IMG/VR virus record: IMGVR_UViG_3300048861_000172
Direction: 5' to 3' (one strand)
DNA length: 64,000 nucleotides
From: an uncultured virus (IMG/VR IMGVR_UViG_3300048861_000172)
Lineage: Duplodnaviria > Heunggongvirae > Uroviricota > Caudoviricetes
Shown: positions 39,019-48,146 of the stretch, one piece after another
Layout of the letters: each line of letters starts with the position of its first letter
Numbering within the stretch: the stretch's first letter is position 1
Made by a program: the position numbers and the translations under genes
Notes under the pieces: generated by a model
The model's database searches: none
Seen by the model: the letters and a program-made list of their open reading frames with translations, nothing else
Told to the model about the DNA's origin: nothing

Positions 39019-39453
39019 GTGATCGACCCCGGCTTCGAATATGCCGACCCCGAGTACCGGGAGCGGCGCACCCTCGACAATGTCGTCTACGAGTTGCTGC
39101 GCCGCACCCCGAAGCTAGTGAGCACGGACGTGCAGCTATTGCTGCGCGAGCATTACGAAACCATGTTTGGCCTGCATGATCACAAAGTCGATAAGCCTGA
39201 TGAGCCGTTCGCACTGGTGGCCATGCATGCCGGGGAAGACAACCTCACGCACAGCCTTCTGTATGAGCGCGTCCGGTTATTTAAACTGCTGGAGGTCCAC
39301 AAGCACTATGGCTTGTCGCTTAAAGAGTTCTTTGAGATGCCGCCCTATCTGACGGAAGAGATCCTCAATCAGTGCGCCACAGAAAAGAACCGCAGCGACG
39401 CCGCCACCATCGAGGCCTGGAAGAAACTTCAGACGCAAAACGCCAAACCATGA
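39019..39453 (+). CDS. Conserved small ORF, probably expressed as the C-terminal extension of a frameshift fusion (GT-like)
   Basis: GTG start lacks a well-spaced RBS; HYGLSLKEFFEMP resembles tail-chaperone C-terminal modules. Confidence 0.65.
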   Translation: MIDPGFEYADPEYRERRTLDNVVYELLRRTPKLVSTDVQLLLREHYETMFGLHDHKVDKPDEPFALVAMHAGEDNLTHSLLYERVRLFKLLEVHKHYGLSLKEFFEMPPYLTEEILNQCATEKNRSDAATIEAWKKLQTQNAKP

Positions 39454-39896
39454 TCGTGTTCGAAGAGCGCGCCGACATCCTGGAGAGCGGCGCACAGACG
39501 CTCGTCGTTCCAGTGAATACCGTGGGCGCCATGGGCAAGGGGCTGGCACTGGCGTTTCGACGCAAGTACCCGACACTTTATCCCGCTTACCGACGCGCGT
39601 GTCGACTGCACGTGTTTGAGCATGAGGGGATGTTCATTCACGAGATCAGTGAGGATCGCAAGATCCTGTGTTTTCCCACCAAACATCATTGGCGTCAGCC
39701 CTCGAAGCTGGAGTGGATCATTGATGGGTTAGAGCTCTTGGTGAAGCACTACGGGGAGTGGGGGATCACTAAGCTCGCGGTGCCAGCCTTAGGGTGCGGG
39801 GAAGGCAAGCTTGACTGGCCCTTGGTGGAAGAAGTGCTCTGGCGTTATCTTGATCCCTTGGAGTTGGAAGTGGGGATCTACTTGCCGCCAGAATAG
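39450..39896 (+). CDS. Macrodomain ADP-ribosylhydrolase, DarG/TARG1-like
   Basis: VNTVGAMGKGLA, FPTKHHWR and PALGCGEGKLDW motifs; ATGA overlap with the upstream ORF. Confidence 0.9.
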   Translation: MIVFEERADILESGAQTLVVPVNTVGAMGKGLALAFRRKYPTLYPAYRRACRLHVFEHEGMFIHEISEDRKILCFPTKHHWRQPSKLEWIIDGLELLVKHYGEWGITKLAVPALGCGEGKLDWPLVEEVLWRYLDPLELEVGIYLPPE

Positions 39897-39898
39897 AC

Positions 39899-39951
39899 AA
39901 AAAAAAAATAAGGACATACGGCCCGGGGTTACCCCCGGGCTTTATGCCGTC
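39899..39951. terminator. Bidirectional terminator
   Basis: GCCCGGGG TTAC CCCCGGGC; TTTATGCCGTC follows on +, TATGTCC then a long T-tract follows on -. Confidence 0.8.
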
Positions 39952-40198
39952 ACTGGCTGCGGTGCAAAAAGTGATGCAAGATGATGCCCACCGTAAAGAG
40001 ATTGATACCAGGTAGGGTCAACCCTAACCAGTACCACCACTTGCCATGGCTCGAGTAATTGGGGAACTTCACCGTGCCACGGTAGATGGGGTCACGCCGA
40101 TAACGAACATCCTCGGCGATGAGACGCATGGCCATGGCCACGGTCCAGGACAGACTGATCACGAGATACGTCAGAAACAGAGGCATCCAGGCTTTCAT
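39950..40198 (-). CDS. Small two-TM membrane protein
   Basis: 82 aa; two hydrophobic segments; PGINL motif. Confidence 0.6.
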   Translation of the reverse strand: MKAWMPLFLTYLVISLSWTVAMAMRLIAEDVRYRRDPIYRGTVKFPNYSSHGKWWYWLGLTLPGINLFTVGIILHHFLHRSQ

Positions 40199-40571
40199 GG
40201 GTGAGAGGCGTTAAAGGGATGTTGGTTTCATGCACCATCAACAACGCCGCCCGGACCGGGTCATACACCAGCACTTTCAGCTTGCGCCATTTACGGCTGC
40301 CCAGATGATCGTGACTGCTAAAGGTGGCCAGATTCACCACGTACGTGAAGTCCCCATCTTCACTGACAAAAGGATACTCCGACTCGCGAAACTGCTCGAG
40401 TGTGCGGCTGAGCTGAAACACCAGGACATTGCGAATCTGGTGTTCAGCGCTGACTTTAAGCTCCTCTTCTTTAAGATACAGCGACGCGAGATAAGTGAGC
40501 ACGCGCGATGTACTGATGAATGACTGACTGGGCGTAGCGCACAAGAGCGGGTCACGTATTGGTTTTAACAT
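40092..40571 (-). CDS. Hypothetical protein
   Basis: Fills the gap between neighbours; start uncertain; overlaps the next ORF by about 107 bp. Confidence 0.45.
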   Translation of the reverse strand: MLKPIRDPLLCATPSQSFISTSRVLTYLASLYLKEEELKVSAEHQIRNVLVFQLSRTLEQFRESEYPFVSEDGDFTYVVNLATFSSHDHLGSRKWRKLKVLVYDPVRAALLMVHETNIPLTPLTHESLDASVSDVSRDQSVLDRGHGHASHRRGCSLSA

Positions 40572-40601
40572 CAGTGATCTCGGTGTGTGTTTGTCAAAAA
40601 G

Positions 40602-41192
40602 TTACTGCAAATAAGAACGGACTTGGACCTTGCCATCTCGCGTGTTGGCTTTCTCATACCGCCAGGTGGTCACAAAGCGATCCAATTCAAACAGCAGATA
40701 AGGAATCAACGGCTCGCGTTTGTCAGATTCATCGAGCCGCACGCGGGTTTCAAACTCAATCTTGTTCTCCGTGCGGTGGATCTCAATCATGTCACGCAGC
40801 ATCTGGTGCACGGTCTTAGTAGAGAGAATGTTTTCCGGACCCATCGCTGACCAAAACAGGTACAGCCAGAAGTAATACACGAGCGGGGCTTGAATATACT
40901 CGGGGCGATTGGCGTCACTCGTTCGCAGATCCTCGAGGCTAAACTCAAGCTTGAGCTTGCGCATCACTTTGTCGACTTTCTCCCACTCATCATGGGCGCT
41001 CCAGCTTTTCTCCGGGTGCGTGAGCGCGGTCATAAACTCGAGACTGCCAAGCTTCTTGTGCTTGACAAACCGATCAAAGAGCGTAATCACACTGAAGTAT
41101 TCAGCTTCCATGGCAGGCTCCACCACCTCTTGAAACGTGTGCTGAAGCTGGCCGAGCCAAATCCCCCAGTTTAGAGAGTCTTTCGCATTCAT
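40602..41192 (-). CDS. Hypothetical protein
   Basis: 196 aa; ATGA overlap with the upstream gene. Confidence 0.65.
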   Translation of the reverse strand: MNAKDSLNWGIWLGQLQHTFQEVVEPAMEAEYFSVITLFDRFVKHKKLGSLEFMTALTHPEKSWSAHDEWEKVDKVMRKLKLEFSLEDLRTSDANRPEYIQAPLVYYFWLYLFWSAMGPENILSTKTVHQMLRDMIEIHRTENKIEFETRVRLDESDKREPLIPYLLFELDRFVTTWRYEKANTRDGKVQVRSYLQ

Positions 41193-41764
41193 GGGGCGTT
41201 TGTCTGGGGAGTAATCATCGAGCGCAAAGCATCGAGCGACAAGCGCAGCGGGGCGCTTGATTGGTGCTCCTTCTTGAAGGTGGTGATGTAGTCGAGCGCG
41301 ACTTGCAAGGCCACGCCCGTCTTTTGCTGCAACTCCTTACCATTGACCAGCCAATCCATCCCGACGCCGGTGGCGTTCTCGATCTCATCGAGCGTGTAGA
41401 TGTGCTGACGATGGGCTTGCTCCCGATAGAACTTCTCGAAGGCAAACCCATTTTTGTTTTCGTTGTCCCAGTACGGCAGGTACGGCGCCATTTCCTTCGG
41501 GGTATGGGGGTAGAGCACCATGTACCCATCCCACTGGAAGAAGTGCACCGACAGATAGCGCACGATCGTGTCGCGCGAGCGGTCACTCGCGACCGTGGTC
41601 GCTTTCTCGCGGAAGCTGTACTGCATAAAGACGTCCTCGCCATTGAGCATCCGACGGCTCCAAATGCGACCATGCTCAGGGTAGGACGCCCCTTGATGGA
41701 TTGCAAGCAGGTTCGTAAAGGCATCTGCCAGAGCGTTGCTTTTAGCGAAAACCAATTGATCCAT
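41189..41764 (-). CDS. Hypothetical protein
   Basis: ATG 41764 with GGAG upstream. Confidence 0.65.
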   Translation of the reverse strand: MDQLVFAKSNALADAFTNLLAIHQGASYPEHGRIWSRRMLNGEDVFMQYSFREKATTVASDRSRDTIVRYLSVHFFQWDGYMVLYPHTPKEMAPYLPYWDNENKNGFAFEKFYREQAHRQHIYTLDEIENATGVGMDWLVNGKELQQKTGVALQVALDYITTFKKEHQSSAPLRLSLDALRSMITPQTNAP

Positions 41765-41787
41765 TCCACACACTCCAAAAGGGTAAA

Positions 41788-41830
41788 GAAAATAGAACCC
41801 CTACTGCACGCATGCGACGTGCAGTAGGGT
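41788..41830 (-). terminator. Intrinsic terminator after the helicase
   Basis: CCCTACTGCACG...CGTGCAGTAGGG stem followed by a T-rich tract on the minus strand. Confidence 0.75.
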
Positions 41831-41838
41831 AATAGAAC

Positions 41839-43368
41839 TTAAATCGGCACACCCACGTAACGGATAGCGCAGGAGATCGCCAATTCATTCATGAGCTCTT
41901 CCTTCTGCTCATGGTACTCCATGTGTTTCGGAACATCCTCACAACTCATCCAGATAAAACGCGGCGTCGTGCCATCCTTCAGTTTGCGCAAGCGCCCAAA
42001 ACCCTGAATGTTGCTTTGCGTGGAGCGAATCGCGTGCGTGAGCACGACCGTGGTGAGATCCGGAATATCCACGCCTGTGCCGGCTGAAAGCACCGTGGAG
42101 ACGCAAATGTCCGACTCCATCAGGTTCTCATACGGATCATCCTCACAGTAGCGTTTCACCACCAAGTTCGGATGCAGGCGCTGGAGCTGCTCAGCCAAGT
42201 AGCCACAGAAGTCAATCGACGCCCCATAGACCAAGCAGCGCTGGCCGCGCTTATAGTTGGCCAGATACTCGTTCTTGACCACGCGATTGATGAGATCGAT
42301 GTAGTTGGGCAGCATGTGCTTGCTCTTCATGATCGATTCTTCAAACGCATGATGGGAGTAGGTGGAGCCCCCGTACTGCTTGGTGCGAACCTTATCCGGC
42401 TGACTCACGCGGTAGACCAGCCCGACGGCGGCAATGTACTTGTCATAGGCTGGCCCCTTATAGCGCATCGACTTCGGATACGCCACCTCGTACACCTTGT
42501 TCATAAAGGGATCGTCACTTCTGAGCGTCGCACTCAGGGAGACGGATTTCTTCACGTGGGTGTAGAGGTCGATCTTGAAGTTCAGATGGAAATCCAAGTG
42601 CACTTCGTCAATCGCCCGGATACCGGCTTTGAGTAACTCGTACATCTCATCGGGTCGGCACGCATAGCCTAAGTCAAGCGTGGTGTCGCCGATCTGCTCG
42701 TAGAGCGTAATCCAGCGCTGGATCGTCTTGTTGCTGATGACGATCACCTTAAATGGCAGGTCCCCTTCGCTGGCCATAAACAACAAGGCCTGCAACTGGT
42801 CAGCACCACGCACGACCAAAAGCTCCTCTTGCTTGAGCTCATAGGTCTTGTGAAAGTCGATGATCCACTTCTCGATAAACATCGGGCGCATGATGTACAC
42901 CGGGAGATCCCCGATCATCGAACACGCCCGCATCGTGCAGTACGACTTACCCTTACCCGTCTGTAGCGCTAAGAACTTGGCGGTGGGGGGTTCATCGGAC
43001 ACGATGTAGTTAATCGCTGGAATCTGGTAGTCCCGATCTTCCCACTCGGGGCGAATCGGCAGCTCCACGACTTTCGGCGTACGAAAGGCGCGCTCCACAA
43101 TCTCCACGGACTCCATCGGGATTTGCGCCCGATGGACTTCCTGGATAAACTCATCGTACTGGTTGATGTGAAACCGGTACTCGCGTCGATCGTGGGTCGC
43201 AGCGGCGTACACACACTTGGCCGCCTTGGTGAAACGTCCACCTGGGCGGCGCTCCAGCCCAAACTGAATATACCTGCGTGCCATCGCCTCTGCCGCGTCA
43301 CGCCCTCGCGCCGAGATCTTGTGGATCTTGAAGTAGTGCGAGGCTTTGGTGATGGTTAAATCAGCCAT
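41839..43368 (-). CDS. SF2 DExH helicase (phiKZ gp75-like)
   Basis: LQTGKGKS, DEVH, SATL, QGFGRLR. Confidence 0.9.
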   Translation of the reverse strand: MADLTITKASHYFKIHKISARGRDAAEAMARRYIQFGLERRPGGRFTKAAKCVYAAATHDRREYRFHINQYDEFIQEVHRAQIPMESVEIVERAFRTPKVVELPIRPEWEDRDYQIPAINYIVSDEPPTAKFLALQTGKGKSYCTMRACSMIGDLPVYIMRPMFIEKWIIDFHKTYELKQEELLVVRGADQLQALLFMASEGDLPFKVIVISNKTIQRWITLYEQIGDTTLDLGYACRPDEMYELLKAGIRAIDEVHLDFHLNFKIDLYTHVKKSVSLSATLRSDDPFMNKVYEVAYPKSMRYKGPAYDKYIAAVGLVYRVSQPDKVRTKQYGGSTYSHHAFEESIMKSKHMLPNYIDLINRVVKNEYLANYKRGQRCLVYGASIDFCGYLAEQLQRLHPNLVVKRYCEDDPYENLMESDICVSTVLSAGTGVDIPDLTTVVLTHAIRSTQSNIQGFGRLRKLKDGTTPRFIWMSCEDVPKHMEYHEQKEELMNELAISCAIRYVGVPI

Positions 43369-43383
43369 GATTCCCCCGGTTAA

Positions 43384-45369
43384 TTAATCGTCGCCCAGTA
43401 CCTCTCTGGGACACATGATCGCATCCATCGGATGGTCTAGTCGGTTGGTCTCCGTATAGCTGCGCGGGTCCAAGATGACCATCTTCTGATCTTCATAAGC
43501 AAACTGCGCGCTCATGGAGCGGTTGCGAACCGTCAGGTCGAGCACCGAGAGTTGTCGCGTGGTGCCATTCTTCGGCAGACTGAAGTCTTCGTCTTCGATC
43601 GAGACAACCATCGCCGCATAGAGAATCACCTCCAGAATGGCGAAGTTCACGTTCAGCTTGCTGTTGACGAGATTGAAGAGTCGCTCCATGGTCGGGTCGA
43701 CCTTCTCTTCCTTGCTGCGCTCGTCGAGCTCTTTCATGGACGATTCCAGCACCTCCGCGATCTCCGCCGAGTGGTCGGACATGTTGAAGTGCTTCATCGG
43801 CAAGACCAGAATCGGTTGGCTCCAATCCCAGCCCGCCATATCGACCACATAGTTGCCGCGCTCGTTCACCGTATAGCCCATCTCGTGGATGTGGTGCAGT
43901 AGCGGATACGTCATCGAAGCAAACCGGCGGTTCAAGCTGGTTTCAATGACGCCCGGCAAGATCCCTTGTGGGGTATCTACCAGCACCGCAATCTCCGGCA
44001 TCTCAGAGATCTGTGTGATCGACAGCTCTGTCACATCCTCGACTTCAGCAATGTCAGTGAAGTTCGCTGCAAAGTCCCGACCAATTTCCAGCCGCACGTC
44101 CTTGCCTTCCAGCTCGGGCGCGAGCATGTAACCGGTGCGATCCTTGGTGGTCTCGACAAACTGGCGCTGATACTCGTCGAGCACAATCAGCTCCACCGCG
44201 GCTGAGCCATCGAAGTGCTTGGTCGACAACACGTTTTGCGTGGTTTGCTGCGCCATCGCAGAAGAACACGCTTGACCGATGTTGGAGTTCGGTGGCACCG
44301 ACAGACTCAGCGCCCCGAAACACGTCGAGCACACGCCATACGGGTCCGGATGCTGACAGTGCAGCACACTGCGCAGCTTGAGCACCCGCCCAAACAGATG
44401 CCGGTCGCCCGGCTTGATGGTTTGCAGCACGCCCTGATCGTCGACATAGTGCTTGCCGAGCATCAGATCCAAGTCTGAGCGCCTGACCATCTCGCCGTCT
44501 TGGAACTCCGCATCGCGAAACGGCCAATGCAGATACTCGGTGCTGCGACAATCCCCCCGGTGCAAGTTCTGCACCGACTGACACATCAGCTGCAAGCGCC
44601 GACTGAAGTACTCGGCGTCTTCCAGCGGCGCGGTCGCAAACGTAAGCGACTTGGCTGCCGAGCGAGATTCGATCAGGGTGTCGTGGAACCACCGCAACCC
44701 TTCCGCATAGCTGCGCATGATCGGCCGCGGAAAGATCACCGAATCGATGTCAGTGACAAAGCCGCGCGGGCCCAGACACTGCAACACCTGACCCATGTTC
44801 GCCAGCCCCGAGCGCACTGTCAATGCAATCGGGTTGTCGTCCATCGACGGATCTTTCAACAGCACGTCCTTGATTACGCTATGGACGTGCTTGATCGACT
44901 CATCAGTGGGCTGCATCTCATCCTTGGCTTGCAGAATCGTCGGATGATCGAGCACGTTCACGAAGTCGGTGATGTCAAGACTTGTGACGTACTCCTCGCA
45001 GTGATGGATCAGGTAGTTGTACATGAGGTTCGCCGTCACATACGTCTTCTTGGCGAGCTCATCGAGCGACACCAGGGGGTCGTCCTGATAGGTGTCCCAG
45101 GTACTCCACATGCAGTTGCCGAGCAGCTTCAGATGGGTGTTCATCCCTAGGCGCCCGCCCTTCAGAATCGTGGCGACATGATGCTCTTTACGCAGAGGGG
45201 TGCGTGGATACTGCCGGTGAAACTCCCAGCCGAAGCTGGAGTACACAGTCTCCCGTGCACTCACTTCCATTTCACCGTCGTCAAAGCGCAGCTTGAAGCG
45301 ACCCCTCAGATGGTTGTCAAGCTCATCGTAGGGAATCGTCAGCAAGAGTCTTGCGTCGATTGTTAACAT
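43384..45369 (-). CDS. Non-virion RNAP beta-prime C-terminal subunit (gp74-like)
   Basis: QCLGPRG, ESRSAAKS, DCRS...LRSVLHC...VCSTCFG, trigger-loop TQNVLSTKH. Confidence 0.9.
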   Translation of the reverse strand: MLTIDARLLLTIPYDELDNHLRGRFKLRFDDGEMEVSARETVYSSFGWEFHRQYPRTPLRKEHHVATILKGGRLGMNTHLKLLGNCMWSTWDTYQDDPLVSLDELAKKTYVTANLMYNYLIHHCEEYVTSLDITDFVNVLDHPTILQAKDEMQPTDESIKHVHSVIKDVLLKDPSMDDNPIALTVRSGLANMGQVLQCLGPRGFVTDIDSVIFPRPIMRSYAEGLRWFHDTLIESRSAAKSLTFATAPLEDAEYFSRRLQLMCQSVQNLHRGDCRSTEYLHWPFRDAEFQDGEMVRRSDLDLMLGKHYVDDQGVLQTIKPGDRHLFGRVLKLRSVLHCQHPDPYGVCSTCFGALSLSVPPNSNIGQACSSAMAQQTTQNVLSTKHFDGSAAVELIVLDEYQRQFVETTKDRTGYMLAPELEGKDVRLEIGRDFAANFTDIAEVEDVTELSITQISEMPEIAVLVDTPQGILPGVIETSLNRRFASMTYPLLHHIHEMGYTVNERGNYVVDMAGWDWSQPILVLPMKHFNMSDHSAEIAEVLESSMKELDERSKEEKVDPTMERLFNLVNSKLNVNFAILEVILYAAMVVSIEDEDFSLPKNGTTRQLSVLDLTVRNRSMSAQFAYEDQKMVILDPRSYTETNRLDHPMDAIMCPREVLGDD

Positions 45370-45384
45370 TGTTGTTCCTTGATG

Positions 45385-47634
45385 TTACTGATACACCGGG
45401 GCGTTATAGTGCAGGGGCTTGTACGGCGCGTAAATCAACTCCCAGCCACCACACTGACCCATGTGCTTAATCAATTGCAAGGGCTTGTTGCCACCATAGG
45501 GCACCACCTTCCGATCGACCACTCTATCGATGTTGGTGGGCGCCTGCGAGCGCAAAATCGTGTCGAGGATAAAGCGCCGTGTCTTCGGATTGTTATTCCG
45601 ATCCAGCAAGTCCGCCGTCACGCGCTGACCTGCATACGACACGTAGATCCGGATTTCCGACTCCCCCATGGTGCGAATCGGCTGGGTGCGCGTCGGTTGG
45701 CTGTACTTATCCCAGGACGTGATCTGACTGAGCACGCCAAAGTGTTGTAGCTTACCCGACGGACACGCAGTCCAGTCCTTGGCAATCTTCTCGAGCATGA
45801 TGATGTAAATGCTGCCAATGCGCACCGGTCGTTTGGTGGTCACGAGCCTGCCCGAATAGCCTCGATAAGTCACCGGCCCATAGAGCGGTCGATACGGACC
45901 CGCCTCAATTTGCCGCACCATATCCGGAAACTCAGGTTCGTTTTCCGGTGGCATGTACAACTGCATGCCGCGGGTGCTGTGACTGATGATGGAGGCGAGA
46001 TACTGCGTGCGGGGTGCTCGATAGTGGCCTTCTGTGAACCACCGATAAGCACGCTCCGGACTGATGATCTTGATATAGCCTAGCACCCACTCCCAGGCCT
46101 CATTCATCAGTTGCGGGTCCATCGCTTCCATCGCATCCAACTTCGCTTTCAAAGCCGGCGTCTTCTGCTCCACTCCCAGCATCTTACGCAGCTTCTTGAG
46201 CATGTCGCGGCTGGCCGAATTGAAATACGGCTCGTACATCCCGCCGAGATTCATGCGGGACAGCTTGCCATTCGGGTCCATCACGATGTCGGCGCGATTG
46301 CCATCCTCGTCGACCGGCATGTCTTCGGGGTTCGCGACCGCACACACCACGCCCTTGCCACCATGACACTCGGTGAACTTGTTGCCGATGTTGGGCGTGA
46401 TTTCATACTCGATCACAAACTCCACCCGCCAATCATCGAGCGGATTCTTGCGAAAGAGCTTTTGCACCCGTTCGTTGGGACCGTTCGGGTTTTGCGGCGC
46501 GCCACACGCAACGTAGGCTTCGTACACCAGGTGATGGAACTCGGGCGAGAAGATCGGCTTGCCTTTGGGGCTGCGCTCGAGCTCGCGCGCATAGTCGATG
46601 ATCTCTTTATAGAAGCGCTTGGTCGCCTGATAATACTTCTGCACCTGCGCTTCGAACTCCACCGGCAGCGTGCTGTTGGCATACTCGTCATGATGCACGC
46701 GAATGTCCACAATGCGCCCACCGGCACCCGCGGCGTAATAGGTGCGATCGAAGTTCGGCTTCACTGCCCGCAGCTTATGGATCGATTGCTCGACTGCGGC
46801 CAGCGCCGGGTCTTCCCGCCGCAAGGCCATCAGCAAGCCGTCGCTACGGATATAGTCACCGATCTCCGGGAACGGCTTATAGTCGAGCGGATTAGCCGGA
46901 TCGCCATACAGGTTCAAGGGGAAGTAGCGGCTACCCCACTCGACTTCGCGTCGCTCGTAGATCTTGATCTTGAACTTATCGAGCACATCGCGACTGATGA
47001 GGATGCCGTCCTCGGAAGTCGCCGGATGTGTCATGTAAGCGATGTTGCACTCGACCCCGTACTTATACTCGCCTTCTTTACCGCGACTGGGCGTATCAAG
47101 AAAAACATCGCCCTTCTCAAAGGCTTCACCGGGCGCTAGGCGGCTCAGGGTTTCAGGGTTCGGTTTGTACTCAAAACCGAAGTATGTCTGGTCGGAGAAA
47201 TAATCCTGTAGATTGACCATGCCGATTTGGCCGAGGGTCTCAGGATTGGCCGACTCATACACCACCACCTGCTGCGGGTTGTGGTTAATCGCATCTTCGC
47301 CGATACGGGTGCGATAGCGATTGAAGACCTTCAGGATACGACCACGCTCCGGCATGGTCTTAGCGAAGGTATACTTAGCGTACTCGGCCTCCATGCCGGT
47401 TAAGATAAATCGTTCAGTGGCTCCCTTCACCACGAGGGACTGACCGATATGGGAACTGAACATCTGCTTCCGACTTGACGAGTCGGTGCCGTCAGCGAAG
47501 TTCAAACCGTTAATACCAAGCAACTCCCGATACAGCTGATTGGGAGGCGACTCTCGATAGCGTCGCGGCGGCGTGGCCATGCTGCCATTAGGGTGCGAAC
47601 TATAAGCCGATTGGGTCGGATTATAATCTGACAT
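45385..47634 (-). CDS. Non-virion RNAP beta C-terminal subunit (gp71-73-like), uninterrupted
   Basis: SSRKQMFSSH, SEDG, GNKFTECHGGKG, SRMNLG, MGESE. Confidence 0.9.
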   Translation of the reverse strand: MSDYNPTQSAYSSHPNGSMATPPRRYRESPPNQLYRELLGINGLNFADGTDSSSRKQMFSSHIGQSLVVKGATERFILTGMEAEYAKYTFAKTMPERGRILKVFNRYRTRIGEDAINHNPQQVVVYESANPETLGQIGMVNLQDYFSDQTYFGFEYKPNPETLSRLAPGEAFEKGDVFLDTPSRGKEGEYKYGVECNIAYMTHPATSEDGILISRDVLDKFKIKIYERREVEWGSRYFPLNLYGDPANPLDYKPFPEIGDYIRSDGLLMALRREDPALAAVEQSIHKLRAVKPNFDRTYYAAGAGGRIVDIRVHHDEYANSTLPVEFEAQVQKYYQATKRFYKEIIDYARELERSPKGKPIFSPEFHHLVYEAYVACGAPQNPNGPNERVQKLFRKNPLDDWRVEFVIEYEITPNIGNKFTECHGGKGVVCAVANPEDMPVDEDGNRADIVMDPNGKLSRMNLGGMYEPYFNSASRDMLKKLRKMLGVEQKTPALKAKLDAMEAMDPQLMNEAWEWVLGYIKIISPERAYRWFTEGHYRAPRTQYLASIISHSTRGMQLYMPPENEPEFPDMVRQIEAGPYRPLYGPVTYRGYSGRLVTTKRPVRIGSIYIIMLEKIAKDWTACPSGKLQHFGVLSQITSWDKYSQPTRTQPIRTMGESEIRIYVSYAGQRVTADLLDRNNNPKTRRFILDTILRSQAPTNIDRVVDRKVVPYGGNKPLQLIKHMGQCGGWELIYAPYKPLHYNAPVYQ

Positions 47635-47696
47635 TGTTTATTTTCCTTAGTAAAGGAACACACAACAGTACCGAGCTGGAAAAGGACTCGATACCC

Positions 47697-47730
47697 ACTC
47701 AACTACGTGATATGTGATTGTAATTTCTTT
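47697..47730 (-). promoter_or_regulatory. Putative early promoter (CACATATCAC core)
   Basis: AAAGAAATTACAAT CACATATCAC GTAGT TGAG; the same core occurs at 52981 and 62291. Confidence 0.65.
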
Positions 47731-47732
47731 AG

Positions 47733-48086
47733 GTGGAACTTATGGATGTCGACAAGCTGATGGTCCCCGATGGCACAGCTGATCTCTACACAGATCAATT
47801 GCGCTACACGCTAGAAAGTTTTATTCCCTATCTCCAAGCGCACCCCGATACGCAAACGCTGGAGATCGACCCCGCCGATGGTGTTCGGTATGCGGGGGAT
47901 TTGGCAGGGCTCTTGTATCGCCTGAAAAAGATCGGTCCTGATCTGCACTGGATCATTGCCCGAGTCAATGGCCTCGACTGCTGCGCGGACTACACCGAAG
48001 ACATGCTCACGCTTTTGATCCCCTCGAGTACCACGATCAATCAGATCCGTCAGGCGGACAATACCACCAACCGTATTAGCGCTTAA
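47733..48086 (+). CDS. Small LysM-like protein (baseplate gp53/gpX-like)
   Basis: YAGDLAGLL...LHWIIARVNGL...LLIP pattern. Confidence 0.6.
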   Translation: MELMDVDKLMVPDGTADLYTDQLRYTLESFIPYLQAHPDTQTLEIDPADGVRYAGDLAGLLYRLKKIGPDLHWIIARVNGLDCCADYTEDMLTLLIPSSTTINQIRQADNTTNRISA

Positions 48087-48087
48087 T

Positions 48088-48143
48088 TCAAAGAAAAAAA
48101 GAACGCCCCTCCCTGGTTGGGAGAGAGGCGTTCTTATGCCGTC
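48088..48143. terminator. Bidirectional terminator: U-tract on minus, TTATGCCGTC on plus
   Basis: AAGAACGCC...GGCGTTCTT stem, with an A-run on the left and TTATGCCGTC on the right. Confidence 0.8.
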
Positions 48144-48146
48144 ACT

